NCBI RefSeq assembly: GCF_018977255.1
Contig: NW_024704742.1
Location: 109,184,001-109,248,000 of the forward strand
Length of the DNA: 64,000 nucleotides
From: Callorhinchus milii
Taxonomy: Eukaryota
Reading direction: 5' to 3'
This document shows positions 12,601-27,600 of this stretch, piece by piece. The notes under the pieces were generated by a model. That model made no database searches, was not told the DNA's origin, and was given only the letters and a program-made list of their open reading frames with translations. Numbering within the stretch: the stretch's first letter is position 1; every line of letters starts with the position of its first letter. A program made the translations under genes and the position numbers.

Positions 12601-15600
12601 AGGGACTGCGGGATGGAGTTCTAAAGGGTGGTGGCAGAAGGTCCCCCCACCATTGGTGGGCGAGGTGAGGGACGTGAAGCAGGCCGGAGCCCACTGAGCG
12701 GACGGAGTGGGCAGGTTGGTAGGGGGTTAGAAGCTTGCAGAGGTAGTGGGGAGCAAGGCCAGGGAGGGCTTTGAAAGTGAGGACCAGCTATGAGAGCTTA
12801 ATTTTTTTATGTGTGAGGGTTGGATGCTTGAATTTGTTAATTTTTTTTATCCTGAAGTTATTTCTACTCTTCCTCCCCTCCCCCCAGTTTACAAGCGGCT
12901 TTGAGGGCGGACCCGAAGGATCCCAATTGTTGGGAGTGTTTAGGGGAGGCATACCTCAGCAGAGGAGGATACACTGCTGCTTTAAAAGCCTTCACAAAAG
13001 CCAGTGAATTGAACCCCAATTCAGTGTACAATATTTACAAGATAGCAGCAATCAAGCAGATTCTTGGCAAATATGCAGAGGCCATCGCAGAGTATAAACA
13101 GATCATTTACAATTCACAAAACTATGTCCCTGCTCTCAAAGGTAAGCATTAGAGTAATGAGCTGGGAACAACGATTAGACAGGTCTTCAGTCTTGAGACA
13201 AGATGACTCAGAGTGGACCTTGTAGAGGTGTATAAAATTTTAAATGGGATTCAAAAAGTAAATTTAGAACAATACATTACGATGCACCGAGACAGTAGAA
13301 CAAGAGGACGTCAGTTTAGAATTTCAAAGGGCAATTTCAGGACAGAGACCAGGAAGCTTTTCATTACTTAGAGGGTAATTAACGACTGGAAGAGGAGCGG
13401 GTTGAAATCAGGGCGCTGGACTCATTTCTAAAGCAGTTGGATACTGTTATAGGAAGACCATAGGATGGGTATTCTGGAAGGATAAAATTAGATGGGTCAA
13501 AGGGAGTTTTTTTTAAGACAAATTAAGTTGTAAGATGTGTTTATGGTTTTATAGGTCTAGGTGAATGCTGTCTAATGATGGCTCGAAGTGCTCTTAATGA
13601 TTATTTAGATGGGAGAGCTGTGGACATAATAGAAGAAGCACTTCAGTACTCTGCTAGGTAAGTGAACATCAGGTACACGCATTCATACAAGTTGTAAACC
13701 TCATTGATCAAATTTGGTAATGCTTTTGTACAGCTCGTTTATTAATGGTAGTGTAATGGTGGATCATGAAGGAGTTGTGGGACACGAGTTTGCTCTCATG
13801 ATTTGCCCTCTTCTTTTCCCCCTTTCCTACTTGTCTCCACTCCAATACTGAGTTCATAAGAAATGGTCAGGAAATTCCCTCCAAGGTGCATTATCTCATC
13901 CTCTTATCCTGGTCAGCTGTGCAACTTCCAGTTGTTTTCTAAATGTGATTGAAGCACAGTATTAAACAAAAAATTAACATTTATAATCTTCACCTATGGT
14001 TCCATGATTCAATTTTCACACCCAAAGAAGCTGGAAACAATGCAACTCTTTGAGGGTTGGGTGGGAGGGTTAACAGAGATCATGCCTGAACAAGTACTTT
14101 TAAGTACAGGAATCAAACAACCTCATTACATTTTGATAGTCTTGACCTTTAATTCAAAGCAATTGCTAATTGTGACTTGTACTATGTAAGCAATGCCTAG
14201 ATTTCACTTTGTTTTTCCCTCTCCAATTTGTTTGTAGGGCTGTACTGTGGCGACCTGATGTATCCTGTCTTTGGAAGTTAATTGGAGATGCATGTACTGC
14301 ATTGCATGTTCTGTCACCAGCTAAAGTAAACATTCAAGTTTCTGTTGTTCTTACTGGTCATAGCGAAAGAGCGATGTGCAGACTTTAAACAAAGGTGGTA
14401 TCCTTATTCTTGGAGGAAGGTAATCTTTTTTGTAATGAAAATAATTTTTCTAAATAGTTTTGCCACAAGTTGGCTGCCACAAAATAGTCAATCTCCTTTA
14501 TAGTATATCCTGTGAAGCGCTTTGACACATCTTGACAATGTAATACGATGCTATATCTAGTGCAAAAAATATTATTATTACAGTAAATGTTATACTCATG
14601 AACTATGAACTATACCCATTTATATTCAGTATACATGTTGCAATGGAGTAAATTATTCAGTCGTGACTCTGAAAATGATTAAACCAGTTCTGTAGTGTCT
14701 GTAATGAAAATTCTAAATCCAGCACGATTTACACTAATGCCATCTGATACACATAAAAAAAAGTTTGTTTTATGTTGTTAGCTTTGGAATATCCTTTTGC
14801 AGAATTATTGATGTTAGAGAAGACATTTCAAAATAAGCAATTGATTAAACAAAGACTTTTTTTTCATTCCAGGTGCTATGGCCGAGCCCTCCATTTGATG
14901 TCCACCTCTGCCAATCTATGGTGTGATCTTGGGATCAATTACTATAGACAGGCACAACATCTGTCAGCTTCAGGGAAAGAGAATGAAGTAGAAGAGATAC
15001 TAGAAAAATCTTTGCAGGTAAGTGATTAGCTCTTTAACATAACAACCAGTTATGTTAACATTCCAAGAACATTCCAAGGCACTGGACAATTGAGGGTTTG
15101 CACCGAACTGAGGATTGGATTCAGGAGTGGCAGGGGCCAATTGGTTAGGGATGGGAAGATGCCCTGAAGGAGCAGTGAGGCAGACTTGAAGGAGGTGAGG
15201 ATAGGGACGAGACTAAGGGATGGAGTTTCAGAGGGTGGGGGCAGAAAGGCTAAAGGCCTGACAGCTGATGGTGGGACGGATAGGGCAGGGGACATGAACC
15301 AGGCCAGTGCCTGGTGAGCGGAAGGAGCAGGTGGATTGGTAGGATTTTGAAGGTCATGAGGTAGGGTGGGGCATGACCCTGGAAGGATTTAAAAGTGAAG
15401 GGTACCAATGGAGGTAGTTAAGCATGGGGATAGGCTTGTGGAGCCGAGTGCTGGAGAGGACATGAGCTGCAGGAGTTCTGAGTGGTTTGCAGCTTGTGGA
15501 GGGAAGAGTTGGGAAGTGCAGCTAGCAGAGAATTGGCATTGTGAAGCCTGGGAAAAGCCAAGAGCTCTTTTTGAAGAGCTACCCAAGCAGTTCCACTCCC

Positions 15601-18600
15601 TTGCTCTTTCCCCATATACTTGCATGTTTTTCCTTTGCAAGTACCTATTCAATTCCCTTTTGAAAGTTGTTATTGAATCTGTTTCTACCACTCTTTCAGG
15701 CAGCGAATTCCAGACTGCAACAACTCCTTGTGTTTAAAAAAAAATCTCCTCCCATCTGGTTCTGGTTGCCAATTATCTTGAATTTCAATTCTTCCCTACC
15801 CACTTTTTCATCATAATTGCCATTCAGCAGCAACAACATTGAATATTTATATTGCATTAGGATATCTCAAAGCACTTCACAAAATTGACTGGAAGCCTGA
15901 ACTATGGTGGAGACCTGAGGGTGGGATGGGGAGAAGAAAGGGGACCAAAAGCGGAGACTGAGGGGCAAGGTGAAGGGTCTCTGGGATGATATTCCAGATA
16001 CCAGGGCCAAAATAGCTGAAAGCTTGCCCACTGATGGTTGGGCGGAGGACATTAAACAAGTCTGTATTTGCTGAGTAGAGGAATTAGCAGGGGCAGGAGG
16101 TCCCAAATGTAGGGTTGGATGAGGCTATGGAGGTAAATAAAAGTGAGAATGAGAATTTTGAATTCAGTCCACTGGGGGATGTGGAGGGAGCTGAGTGAGG
16201 ATGGGGCTAGAGTCTGCAGAAGAGGACATGGGCTGCAGAGTTTTAGATGTTTTGCAGCTTGTGTAGGAAGGCGCTAGGGAGTCCGCTGAGGAGGACCTTG
16301 GAATAGTTGATCCTGGAGGTGATGAAGGTAAGGCATTGGCAACCCAGAGGCATTAGTGACTGAAGGATGATGTTGCCAAGAATTAGGTAAGACTGAGTAG
16401 GTGAGAGCCCAGATGTAGGCTTTAACGGATCGTTGGAAATTGAACAAGACTGAGATTCCGCACTGACTCTCTTTCTAAAAATGTGCCTAGTTGGTCCTTG
16501 AACCCATTTATATTGTTTCTTTTAATGGCCCTGTCCATTAACATATGCTTTGTGTAGAAACAATCCGTCTGACTCTCTTTCTTGGTCGATTTTAATTAAA
16601 TTTTAACTTGTCCCCAAGCATTTGAACGCTTTGGTATAATAAGGAACAATTTGCCAGAATTACTTTTGTCAATCAGCTTCAAGAATTTTAAAAAGTTCAA
16701 TTTAGTTAACTTTCTTTCTAAATTTTTCATTATCATTGCCTTTTGCTGCACCCACTTAAGGGCAGTATAATGAAATTCAGTTACTTGAATATCAGATAAT
16801 TAAACAGTTCGGTTTATTTAATAGAATTTAGAAATCCCAAAACATTTACTCGTATAATCTAAGAATATAGATTGGTTAATTGAATACCGGATATACAAAT
16901 AATTTGTTTTACTGAATAATTTTCCCTGTGACCATTCATATNAAAAACAATTAATCAGTCTGGATAAACCAAATCACTACCTTCTACAGTACAGGGTGAA
17001 CGTCATTGACGTCCTAACCTCCTGCCCTCTCCCCTCACTCCCCAGAGAGGTCACTGGCGATTGGTAAGTTGGCTACATCTGAGTGAGGATGGTATGCTCT
17101 GAAACTCCATCCCCCAGTGCCTTCGCCTTGCTTCCTCCCTTTCCTCCTTCAAGACCGGTCTCAAGACCTTTCTCTTTGACCGTGCCTTCAGCTCCCCTCT
17201 CAACACCCTCCTCGCTCCCTCCCTTCCCTCCCTCTGACCATTTCCCCACTACTCGGGTCCTGACCCAACTGTCCAGCGCCTTGGGACGTCCTCCCGACAT
17301 GAAAGGCGCTCTATAAATGGAATCTTGTTGTTGTATGATGATCCTTGCTTTAGATATAATGCCTTATGTCATTGAAATGTCTCAAAGCACTTCACAGGAT
17401 ATATACTGTAAAGTGAATTGACTATTTTGTGGACAAATCACAATTGTACACTGCAGTTGTCTCACGAACAGTCGTCGATTGAGTGACCACATTTTTTTTG
17501 AGGGATTATTACTCCAGAAAGCCATCCGCCTATCGACTAACAACTGGGTTCCTACTTAATGCTAAGTGAACAGAGGTGTGTGGAGGAAGGAAACTTGTCT
17601 AAGGTTTCGCTCTGCTGGAAATCTTACCTCAATCGCTTGCGAGGCGAATGCTCTAATCATTATGCTACGGGGCTCCTACTGATTGGTAGTGATTGAGAGT
17701 GTTTCTAGTTTTGGGTGCAGTTGGAGGCCACATGCCTCAAGCTCTGGCAGAAAGCGTCTCTAATATTTAGTGTAGTTATATGAATAGTTCAGTTTATTAA
17801 ATAATTTTCACAATCAAATTGAGTATTCAATCAACAGGATTTCACTGTATTATGACTCATATACTTAGCTGTAAGTTATTTACTTTGACCTAATACGTTC
17901 ACTATGTTCACTGCAGTACTTTTAGTTTCTAAAAGTTGGAAGAGGGGGAATGTATTTGTGGGATAACTTTATCCAGGAACTTGTTTGAAGTCCGCTTGAC
18001 ATATGTATGAATGTATAATTCATTAGTTTACCTTCACATTATGTGTGGATGAAAATTAGCATTCTTTCTTTATGGAATTCAACAATTAAGATGTCCATAA
18101 ACATGCAGAAATGTTAATTTAAACTGGATACAATATTTGCACACCAGCTAGCTATTATATAAAAAAATCTAAATTGAAAGATTTCCACTGTTAAAAGTAA
18201 CATGTAAACTTTGAATATGTGTGTTTGCTTTCTAACAGTGCCTTAAAAAATGTGTGATGTTGGACAGCAGAAATCATCTGTACTGGAATGCACTTGGAGT
18301 TGTTGCCAGTTGCAAAGGTATACTATGCTAGTGGACTAGAGCCACACTTTTTGACCATTTCAAATCATCATTGTTGCTTCTAATATGCTGTTACAGAATT
18401 TTTCGGGAAACAAATCCTTGTAAAGCCATTGAAATGCTTTAAATAGATGTGATATTAAAAACCAGAAAGGTTTAACTTGACAGAATGCAAAACCTCCAGT
18501 AATGAATTGCTTTTAAATTTGGTGCTTGTTGTGTAAGCAAAGTGAAGATAATTGGGTGAGTTAAAACTTCTAAAAGGGGTTTTGCCAAAATAGAAGTATG

Positions 18601-21600
18601 TTTCAAATACTGAATAGGCAGATTTAAAGAAAATACAGTGGTAGCGTAAAGTCAGGTAATTGGGGATGTTTGGGGGGAAAAAAGAGAAAAGAAAAGGTGA
18701 GGTAACAGAATTGTCCTTGTGTATCACTAGACATTAACTCTAGCCAGAAATCTGCTCAATACATTGGGATATTATGAAAAAACAATCATTTTAGTTAGGA
18801 TAAAGTATTGCTGTAAATTAAAATGTGTTGTGATGCTTTTCTTCATTGATTTGTCACAGATGTTGCAAACTATGCCCTTGCGCAACATGCGTTCATCAAA
18901 TCAGTTCAGGTTGAACAAAATGTAAGTGAATCTATATCTTTTTAGCTGAACATTTAAAAAAAATTCTAGTAAGAATGTTTCAGAAAGTTTCAGTAATACT
19001 AATTCCACATATTTAGAAGCAAGAATGTAACAACATCACTTTAAAAATGACTTTTCAAGTGTTAATCTCTTGTACCAGAATGTCGTGGGCTGGACCAATC
19101 TGGGAGTTACTTATCTGAAGAATGAAAGTATTGAGGTAAATGTTCAGACCATTGATAATTTTGATAATCATTTAAATTACCTGAAAGAAAGTTATTTTAA
19201 TTTCATTGTCCTGTTGTTTGAATTGTTTAATGGTTGGTAGTATAGCAGTAGTATAATCCTGGCCAGCAATCCCCCAAATAAAATTGACAAAACACACAGT
19301 CGATCCACTTTACTGTATATCCTGTGAATTACTTTGAGGTGTCTCGATGACATAAGGTGCTATATCAAATTATTATCATTAATTTCACGGCTGTTTGTGG
19401 GACATTGCAGTGCACAAATTAGCTACTGCATTTACCCACAAAACACAGCAACATCACCCTACAGTATATCCTGTAAAGTGCTTTGAGCATCCTGACATGA
19501 AAGGCAATATCCCAAATGTAAGAATTATAATTTATTATAATTTTATAAATTGCTAATTCAGTTTTCAAATATTGCAGCAATTTGGTCCAAAATATTGTTG
19601 TTAGTAAGATTGTGTTTATCGCATCCTTTTTTTCATATTTCTTATTTTAGTTGGCCCATGAAGCCTTCAAGGTAGCCCAATCTTTGGAGCCCTCATATGT
19701 AATGTGTTGGATTGGGCAGGTAAATGATTATTTAAGTTCTTTGTGGAATTTTATGCATGTATTCTTTAAAATATGAAACCAAAGTGATATTTTTTATTGG
19801 AGTCATTGTATCAAAACTGATTTAAAAACTTGTGTAAAATTCAACACTGTCTAGATTGAAGGCTAATCTATCCCTTTAAGTTCAAGTACTTTCTCACTTT
19901 TCAACAAGTTCCTTCTTGGCGGTATATTGTCCATTTAATTGCATGGTTTTTGTCTGGTCCTGACTCTATGCAATTATACGAAGTGCACTGTATAGTACTT
20001 TTCTTACTTTACATTTGTAAGGAATTTGTTCAGTTTATGAAATTCATTTTGTAATAAAATAGTCTCTCTTTACTGTTTCATTTCACTCATGGCTTCATTC
20101 TTACAGGCACTTATTGCAGAAACTGTTGGTAGTTATGAGACTATGGATTTGTTTAGACATACCACTGAGCTTGGTATTCATGTGAGTACTGTCCTTTTAT
20201 AACAACTACTTATTAGGAGAAAAGTTAGTAAATTCAACCCAAATTCCACAAATGTGTTGACCAGAGGAGAGATGTTTCCTGCTTCCTATCATCTAGGATC
20301 TACACCACAAGAGGTTACCTCTATCTCAAACCCAGACCGAATACCATAATAAGTTTCAAGCAGAAATTCATTATAGGTCGGTCTATCTAGTTTATCCATT
20401 CAATTACCTACCAGATTTTTTTCAATGTACCTCTCTGTAATCTCTTAAACAATTTGTGTCACAGAAGTGAGCTTCATAGTTTTGACTCCCTGCTGGGACA
20501 AGTTTACTTGGGGATCTGTAAACCTGGTATAACTTTTGACCATACCTTATTGCAGCAATATGTTTGAAAATGAGTATTTGCTTTTTGTAGCGAATGTTAA
20601 TCTGATCAGTTCAGGGATATTATTTTGATTTTGTGCAGTATGATCAGAAAGGAATGCCTCAAATATTGAAAACAAACATTTGTTTTTGTAGACAGAAGGA
20701 GCTAAGGGATATGCACACTGGGTATGTGCAACTCTGCAAGATAAAACAAACCGGAATTCAGAATTGTATCGATACAACATTGTACAGATGAATGCAATAT
20801 CTGCAGCACAGGTTGTTATGAGCAAGTTTACAGGTATGTTGTTGTGTGTTTCTCAACAAGTGTGGTATGTTGCAATTTAGGAAATATTTACAACACAATT
20901 TACATTTATATAGTGCCTTTCATGTCAGTAGGACATCTCAAAGTGCTTCTGAACTATAGACGTATGTATAAATAATGAATATATTGCAACACACTTGAAA
21001 TTGCACTAGCAATATTCAATATTGATGAAAAACACATTTACTGTATCCATTGACAGCACTGTAAATATCAAGTACAAAAGACTGCGTACTAGTCTTGATT
21101 TTTTTCTATATATTACTAGTATGATAGGGTGCTGATGAGTTTGCTTTGTTCCTTTGTTTGAACAGAGAGGATACAGACTGATCCAGCGGCGTTTACAATG
21201 TTGGGGTATTTAAATGAGTATCTTAACCTGAAAAAGCAAGCACAGGAGGCATATCACAGGTAAGTCGTTTTAATTGAACTTATTGAAATCCTATTTGAAA
21301 TTAATTTCCTGCATTAGAAAACCACAAAATCTGTTATTGGTTTGTTATTATAGAAATAGATAACAGACTGACTAACTTGAAAGTAGTGATAAACAGGCTA
21401 CAGTGTCTGATGAGCTCGCATATTTTCATATTCCATATTTTCAAATACTGAGTCACAGTTCAATAGAGAGACAATTATCAGCATCTATTGGGACCTGCCC
21501 CATTACGGATAAACAAACAGTGAAAATAATGGGTCAACACGCAGACTACAAAATGGCTACACTACCTTAAAAAAAAATCCATTAAGGATTATGCTGTCAC

Positions 21601-24600
21601 TGTGGTACGCTGTGCCAAAGTTTCCCTCTCTCTGCCACTTTCTCTTTCTTTCCGACTCTGCCTTTCTCTGCCTGTTGAGGAGTCCTGTAGTTCAGTGGTT
21701 AGAGCATTTGCCTTGCAAGCAAGAGGACTGGGGTTCGATTCCCGGGCAGTGCGAAACATTAGACAAGTTTCCTTACTCCACACGCCTCTATTTATCCAGC
21801 AGTAAGTACAAACCCAGTTTTTAGTCGATTGGTGAATAATTTGTTCACTCAATCTGCGACTGTTTGTGGGACATTGCTATGTGCAATTCACTGCTGTATT
21901 TAGCCCACAAAATATACAGCCGATTCACTGTGCAGTATATTCTGTGAAGCATCTCAATAATGAAAATCCTCGAATTTGATAGTGCCTTATTATTATTATT
22001 TATTATGTCCAATCCAGTTATACAAAGATTTATGAACTCTTAATACTTTGGCTGCTTCCAACCAAGGTGATCCCACTTTTTAGATGACCAAACTATGAAA
22101 ACAAGCTAAATTTGTTCTTATCGGGTGGTGGGCAAAATAAAATTTTAGAATAAAACTAATTGATAAGATGGATGATTTATAAATAATGTATAGCATGGAT
22201 ACAGGCCATCCAGCCCAATCAGTCCATGCCACAGTGCTCCACACAAATCTTCACTCATATGTGGAGATATATTTTGTATAAAAAAAGGATAAGGGATTAA
22301 AAGGACAAGATTAAGTATCAGTCTGGCTCAGTTGGAAGCACATTTATTTCTAAGTAGGAAGGTTGTGACTTTGAACTCACAGTCTAGACCAACATCTGTC
22401 TTCACAAAAGAAGAGGATGCAGCCAATGCCACAGTATTGGAGGAGAGGGTAGAGAAATTGGATAGGATAATAAACAGAGAGGAGGTACTAAAAAGGTTGA
22501 CGGTGCTCAAGGTAGATAAGTCACCTGGTCTGGATGGGATATATCCCAGGTTACTGAGAGAAGTAAATGTGGAAATAGTGGCGGTTCTAGCCACAATCTT
22601 TCGATCCTCCTTGGACACCGGGGGTGGTGCCAGAGGACTGGAGGGTTGCAAATGTTACTCCACTGTATAAAAAGGGGCAGAAGGATAAACAAGGGAACTA
22701 CAGGCCAGATAGCCTAACGTCAGTAGTGGGGAAACTTCTAGAGACAAAATAACTTTTCACTTAGAAAAATATGGGTTAATAAAGGACAGCCAACATGGAT
22801 TTGTTAAAGGCAAATAGTGTCTAACAAACTGGATAGAGTTTTTTGATGAAGTAACTGAGAGGGTGGTTGAAGATAGTGCAATTGATGTAATTTACATGGA
22901 TTTTCAAAAGGTTTTTGATGAAGTGCCACATAAGAGACTTGTAAGCAAAATAGAAGCCCACATAAAGGGACAGTGGCAGCATGGATACATAAGTGACTGG
23001 GAGACAGAAAGCAGAGAGTGGCGGTGAACAGTTGTTTTTCTGTCTGGGGGGAAGAGTGTAGTTGTGTCTCCCAGGGGTCGGTATTGGGACCACTGCTGTT
23101 TTTGATCTATATAAATGACCTGGACTTGGGTATAGGGAGTACAATTTCCAAGTTTGCAGATGATACTAAGCTCGGAAGAGTAGTAAACAGTGAGGAGGAT
23201 AGTAGCAGACTGCAAGAGGACATAGGCAGACTGGTAAAATGGGCAGATACGTGGCAGATGAAGATTAATGTGGAGAAATGCGAAGTGATGCATTTTGGGA
23301 GGAAGAATGAGGAGAGGCAATATAAGCTGATGGTACAATCTTAAAGGGGGAGAAAGAACAGAGAGACCTGGGGTTCAGATAAGTAAATCTGTGAAGGTGG
23401 CAGGACAGGTAGATAAAGCTGTTAAAAAATGCATACGGGATACTAGGCTTAATAAATAGGGGCATAGAATACAGAAGTCAAGAAGTTATGATGAATCTTT
23501 ATAAAACACTGGTTAGGCCTCAGCTGGAGTACTGTGTCCAGTTATGGGCACCACACCGTAGGAAGGATGTCAATGCATTGGAGGGTGTGCAAAGGAGATT
23601 TACTAAAATGGTACCAGGAATGAGGGACTTCGGTTATCAGGAGAGGCTAGAGAAGCGAGGATTATTCTCCTAGGAGCAGAGAAGAGGACCCTTAGTAGAA
23701 GCTTTAAAAATTATGAGGGGATTCGATACAGTGAACGAAGAGAATCTATTTCCACTGGCGGGTGGGTGGGTAACCTGAGGACACCTATTTAAAATAGTTG
23801 TTATAAGAAACAGAGGTGCGTGAGAAGAATTTGTTTCACACATCAAGTTGTTCGGATCTGGAATGCATTGCCTGAAAGGGTGGTGGAAACTGATTCGATA
23901 ACAACATTTAAGAGAGAAGTAGATAATTATTTGGGGAGGATAAGTTTGCAGGGCTATGGGGAGAGAGCAGGGAGTGAGATTGATTTGGATAGGCTTTTTC
24001 AAAGAGCCTGCACAGACACGATGGGCCAAATGGCCTCCTTCTGTGCTGTATGATTCTACGAACACTGTAATACAGAGCCGAGACCTGTACTTCTCTTCCA
24101 CTAGAATATAATTCCATCTTCTCGACGTCTGAAAGTGCTTCACAAAATAGACTGTAAAGTGAATTGACCGTATATTTGTGGGCGAAATGCGGCAGCCAAT
24201 TGCTCACAGCAGTGTCCCACAAACAGTCGTGGACTGAAATGACCAATTTATTGTCTTTGTTTTTGAGGGATTATTATCAGGAGTGTGGATGTTGGCAGAC
24301 TGTTCAACAATAGTGTGGGGACCAAGATACCAAGGCACATTTCTGTCCTCATTTAACATGTACACACATGCATATTCCACCAGGGGTCTCTAGAGGCCAA
24401 TAAGGAGTGAAACCACTTTTTCTCATCCCTATTCAGGAACACGGAAGCCAATTGCACTCCTCAACTGAGGTACCAATGTTTCTGCCCTAGAAATTAACTT
24501 GAAAATAAATGTTGATCATTCTTCTCTTTATTAGGGCAGCAGTGCTACTACAGAATGCTGAAGACAAAGAAGCATTAAATTATGCTTGGAGAAATTTGGG

Positions 24601-27600
24601 TCGAGCCTTTTGGTGAGTTTTCTTAATTTAAATTTAATTTAAATTCTTGCTGAATGAATGTAGATTTTGGGATTCATTTCCCATATTTTTATTCCAAGAA
24701 GATATCATTAATAACTACGTGTTTTTTTAAAATCTGTTTATATTAAGCAATACAATATACATTTACATTTATGTAGCACCTTTCACATCAGCAAATTCAA
24801 ATTACTGATGTATTCCAACTCCAATGCTTCTCGGAAGGAAATTCAAACTATAAAAGTAAATGGCATACCATCAGATCTGAAACTTCCAGTTATGATGTCA
24901 CTTCAGGTTACCAAATTGAACTTTTGTTTTCAAGGTCAGTTGGGTGCTGTCTCATTGATTGAAGGTATTTTGACAACAAGATCATTTCTTGTTCTTTTAG
25001 AAATGATAACCCAGCACACGCCATTTTGTCGCTAACATTTAGCAGATATCTGCCTTTGGGAAGACCATGAATACCAATGGAACATACAGTAATAGTAATT
25101 CATGTTTATAGATTTTTCTGGACATGATATGCATTTATATGGCCACATCAAGGAAATATTAGTTCCTCCAGTGAATGGGAATGGTGTGCCTGTTTACCAA
25201 TTCAACTCAAGATTTAAAATAGTTTGATTAGCTCAGCTGTAGGATTTGGTAAATATTATTCTCAATGATTTACAGTGACATCTTTTAAAATGCTGCATTC
25301 CTCAGTACTATCATATGTTTTATTGGGAGGCCAGGGTCCAGAATTTAATGTGGCACTTTGCTTTCTGCTCATTTGTTCATAAAAGAGCTGCTAAAATTCT
25401 GCCTTGGAAATATAAGTTTTTATGTATAGAAATGGAGGAAACAATGCAAAAAAATCTTCATGAAAACTTAATTTTACCTCCATTTGTTTAAAAAAAAGTC
25501 CTCTTTGCCTTGTATGAAAAAAGTTTTACTTCCTGCAAAAGTTGATCTTTAAAGATATAAATCTATAAATATCTTTGTGGTGCACAAATTGGCTTCCGTG
25601 TTTACCCACAAAATACACAATCGCTTCACTTTACAGAATGCACTTTGGGACGTCCACTTGACGTGAAAGGCGCTATATCACTTGTAAGGATTATTATTTT
25701 TAGGTTTTCATGCTGGTCATGAAAATAAATTCCATTGCTCACTAGAAATGTCAATACTTACCTGTGAAGTGCTTCAGTATGTTTCTATGTTACAGGCTTC
25801 ATAGCAATTTTTTTAGAAATTAGGCTTCAGAATTTAATAAAAAATATTTTTTCTTACCGTGTGGAGCAAGAGAAATGTTTTCTCCAATGGAATGTTCTGC
25901 CATGTTTGTCCACAGTCTGATTCTGTAGTAAATAATTATTTATAATTCTTTAGCAATTTGAAAATTGTTTAGTTTTTTTAAATTCTGTTTTGTTTGCTGA
26001 CATGAGAATCTTATACATAAAATATCAGAGCATGCAGAACACAAATGGCGTTGAAGTTAGAAGCAGTCATTCAAAGTATTGCTCATTGTATTTGTCTTCT
26101 GGATTGGATCACATTGAAGATGAATCCAGCTCCTACACCTCAGTCATCTTTTCCTCTTCAGTGCAACAGGTCAATATCAGGAAGCTATCCAGGCTTACAT
26201 GTCTACTCCACTTGTGGAGTTTGATGACATCACTGGCCTTGCTCTGTCATACTTCAAGAAAGAGCTACTTCAGGAGAGTGTTAAAGGTAAGAATAGAGCA
26301 CTTTTTTTGAACAAAGGAATTCAGTTTACCTACAACAATCCTACTCGCAGGCAATAATAAAATTTAGTAGATGAAATATTTACAGTGTTTTTACCTGAGG
26401 AATTGTATTTAAACTAAAATGTTTAGAGATTTATTAAGCAAATAGCATCAATCATACATATCTTATCAATAAAATTTTCTTTTCTTTACACAAATGCAAA
26501 CAAACCTTCACATCCTATATTTCTGTTAATACGAATTGGATTTGAAAATTTTTGGGGGGATGGGGAAAGGCAGTAGAGTTGGCAGTTCTCAAACATTTAA
26601 AATTTTGTTTTAACAGCTTATGAAAAGGCTTTAACTGTTGCTTCCTCGGAGAAAGAGAAGGCTTACATACTGATTGCACTCGCAATGATCGAATTTAAAC
26701 AGAACAGAGTGGACAGTGCCAAGACTCTGCTTTTTAAGTGGTAAGTGTGCAGAAACATAATTCATGTGCCAAAATTGTCACTTTATCCACATACAGTTAA
26801 CTCCTGATAACTTGGCACTCCAAGGGAAAAGGACTCAGGGACCAAGAATCCAGGAATGGGGTGTTAGGCATAGGTCATCCTAAACCACAAGGGGCGCTGT
26901 GACTAGTGTGAGCACTCGATGGAGATTGGGCACACATGCTCATATTACATTACAGAGGTCTCTGGACTATTGGAGTATATTAAGGGGACAATAATCCCTT
27001 TAAAAAATAGTAATAATAATTTGGTCCTCAATCCATGACTGTTTTGGGGATACTGCTGTGCATAATCGGTTGCCGCCTTTTGCCCACTCTATTCACTTTA
27101 CAATATATTCTGTAGAGACCTTGATTTTAAAGAGTATCTAAATTTCCTGAGTTGGAAGATTCCAATTAACATATTTTCAAAAATTGTCTGTATTTGATTT
27201 ACCTGGAGATTAGGGCCCCCAGATTTCACCTAATCTTAACCTCTAAAATAATTTTGTCTTAAAATGTAACATTTTACAAAATTATGGCAAATTTGTAAAT
27301 TCAGTCTTGATTTGGCAGCTGGTTTTCTGCAATTATTCAGAAGGCTTAACTTCCAAATTAAAGCTGAAAAGAAGGATTACTTACAATTCAGCATGATTTA
27401 TGTGAGTAGGTGGCTTTTGGGGCTTTGGGTGTTTCAGGCTATATTTAAAAATAAAACCCTCTATTCCTGTTTCCCAATCAAAATAAAACTCTTCTGGTAT
27501 ATCAATTATCGTAGATTTTCCTTGTAAATTAATTTTCTCATAAACTCCTATATAAAAGTGCAACAAGAAGCAATTACCATTTCTAATTACAGTGAAATTC

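Larger units (their letters stand above)
16768..17847. mobile_element. Tc1/mariner-type MITE split by nested L2 and SINE
   Basis: Left end ta|TAATGAAATTCAGTTACTTGAATATCAGATAA and right end TTCAATCAACAGGATTTCACTG|ta match the ends of the MITE at 27590-27754. Confidence 0.7.

Noticed and set aside
26883..26900. CTCF-like CCACAAGGGGCGC (and CCACTAGAGGAAA at ~39267)
   Set aside because: Wrong spacing or missing core bases relative to the consensus; motif-only evidence
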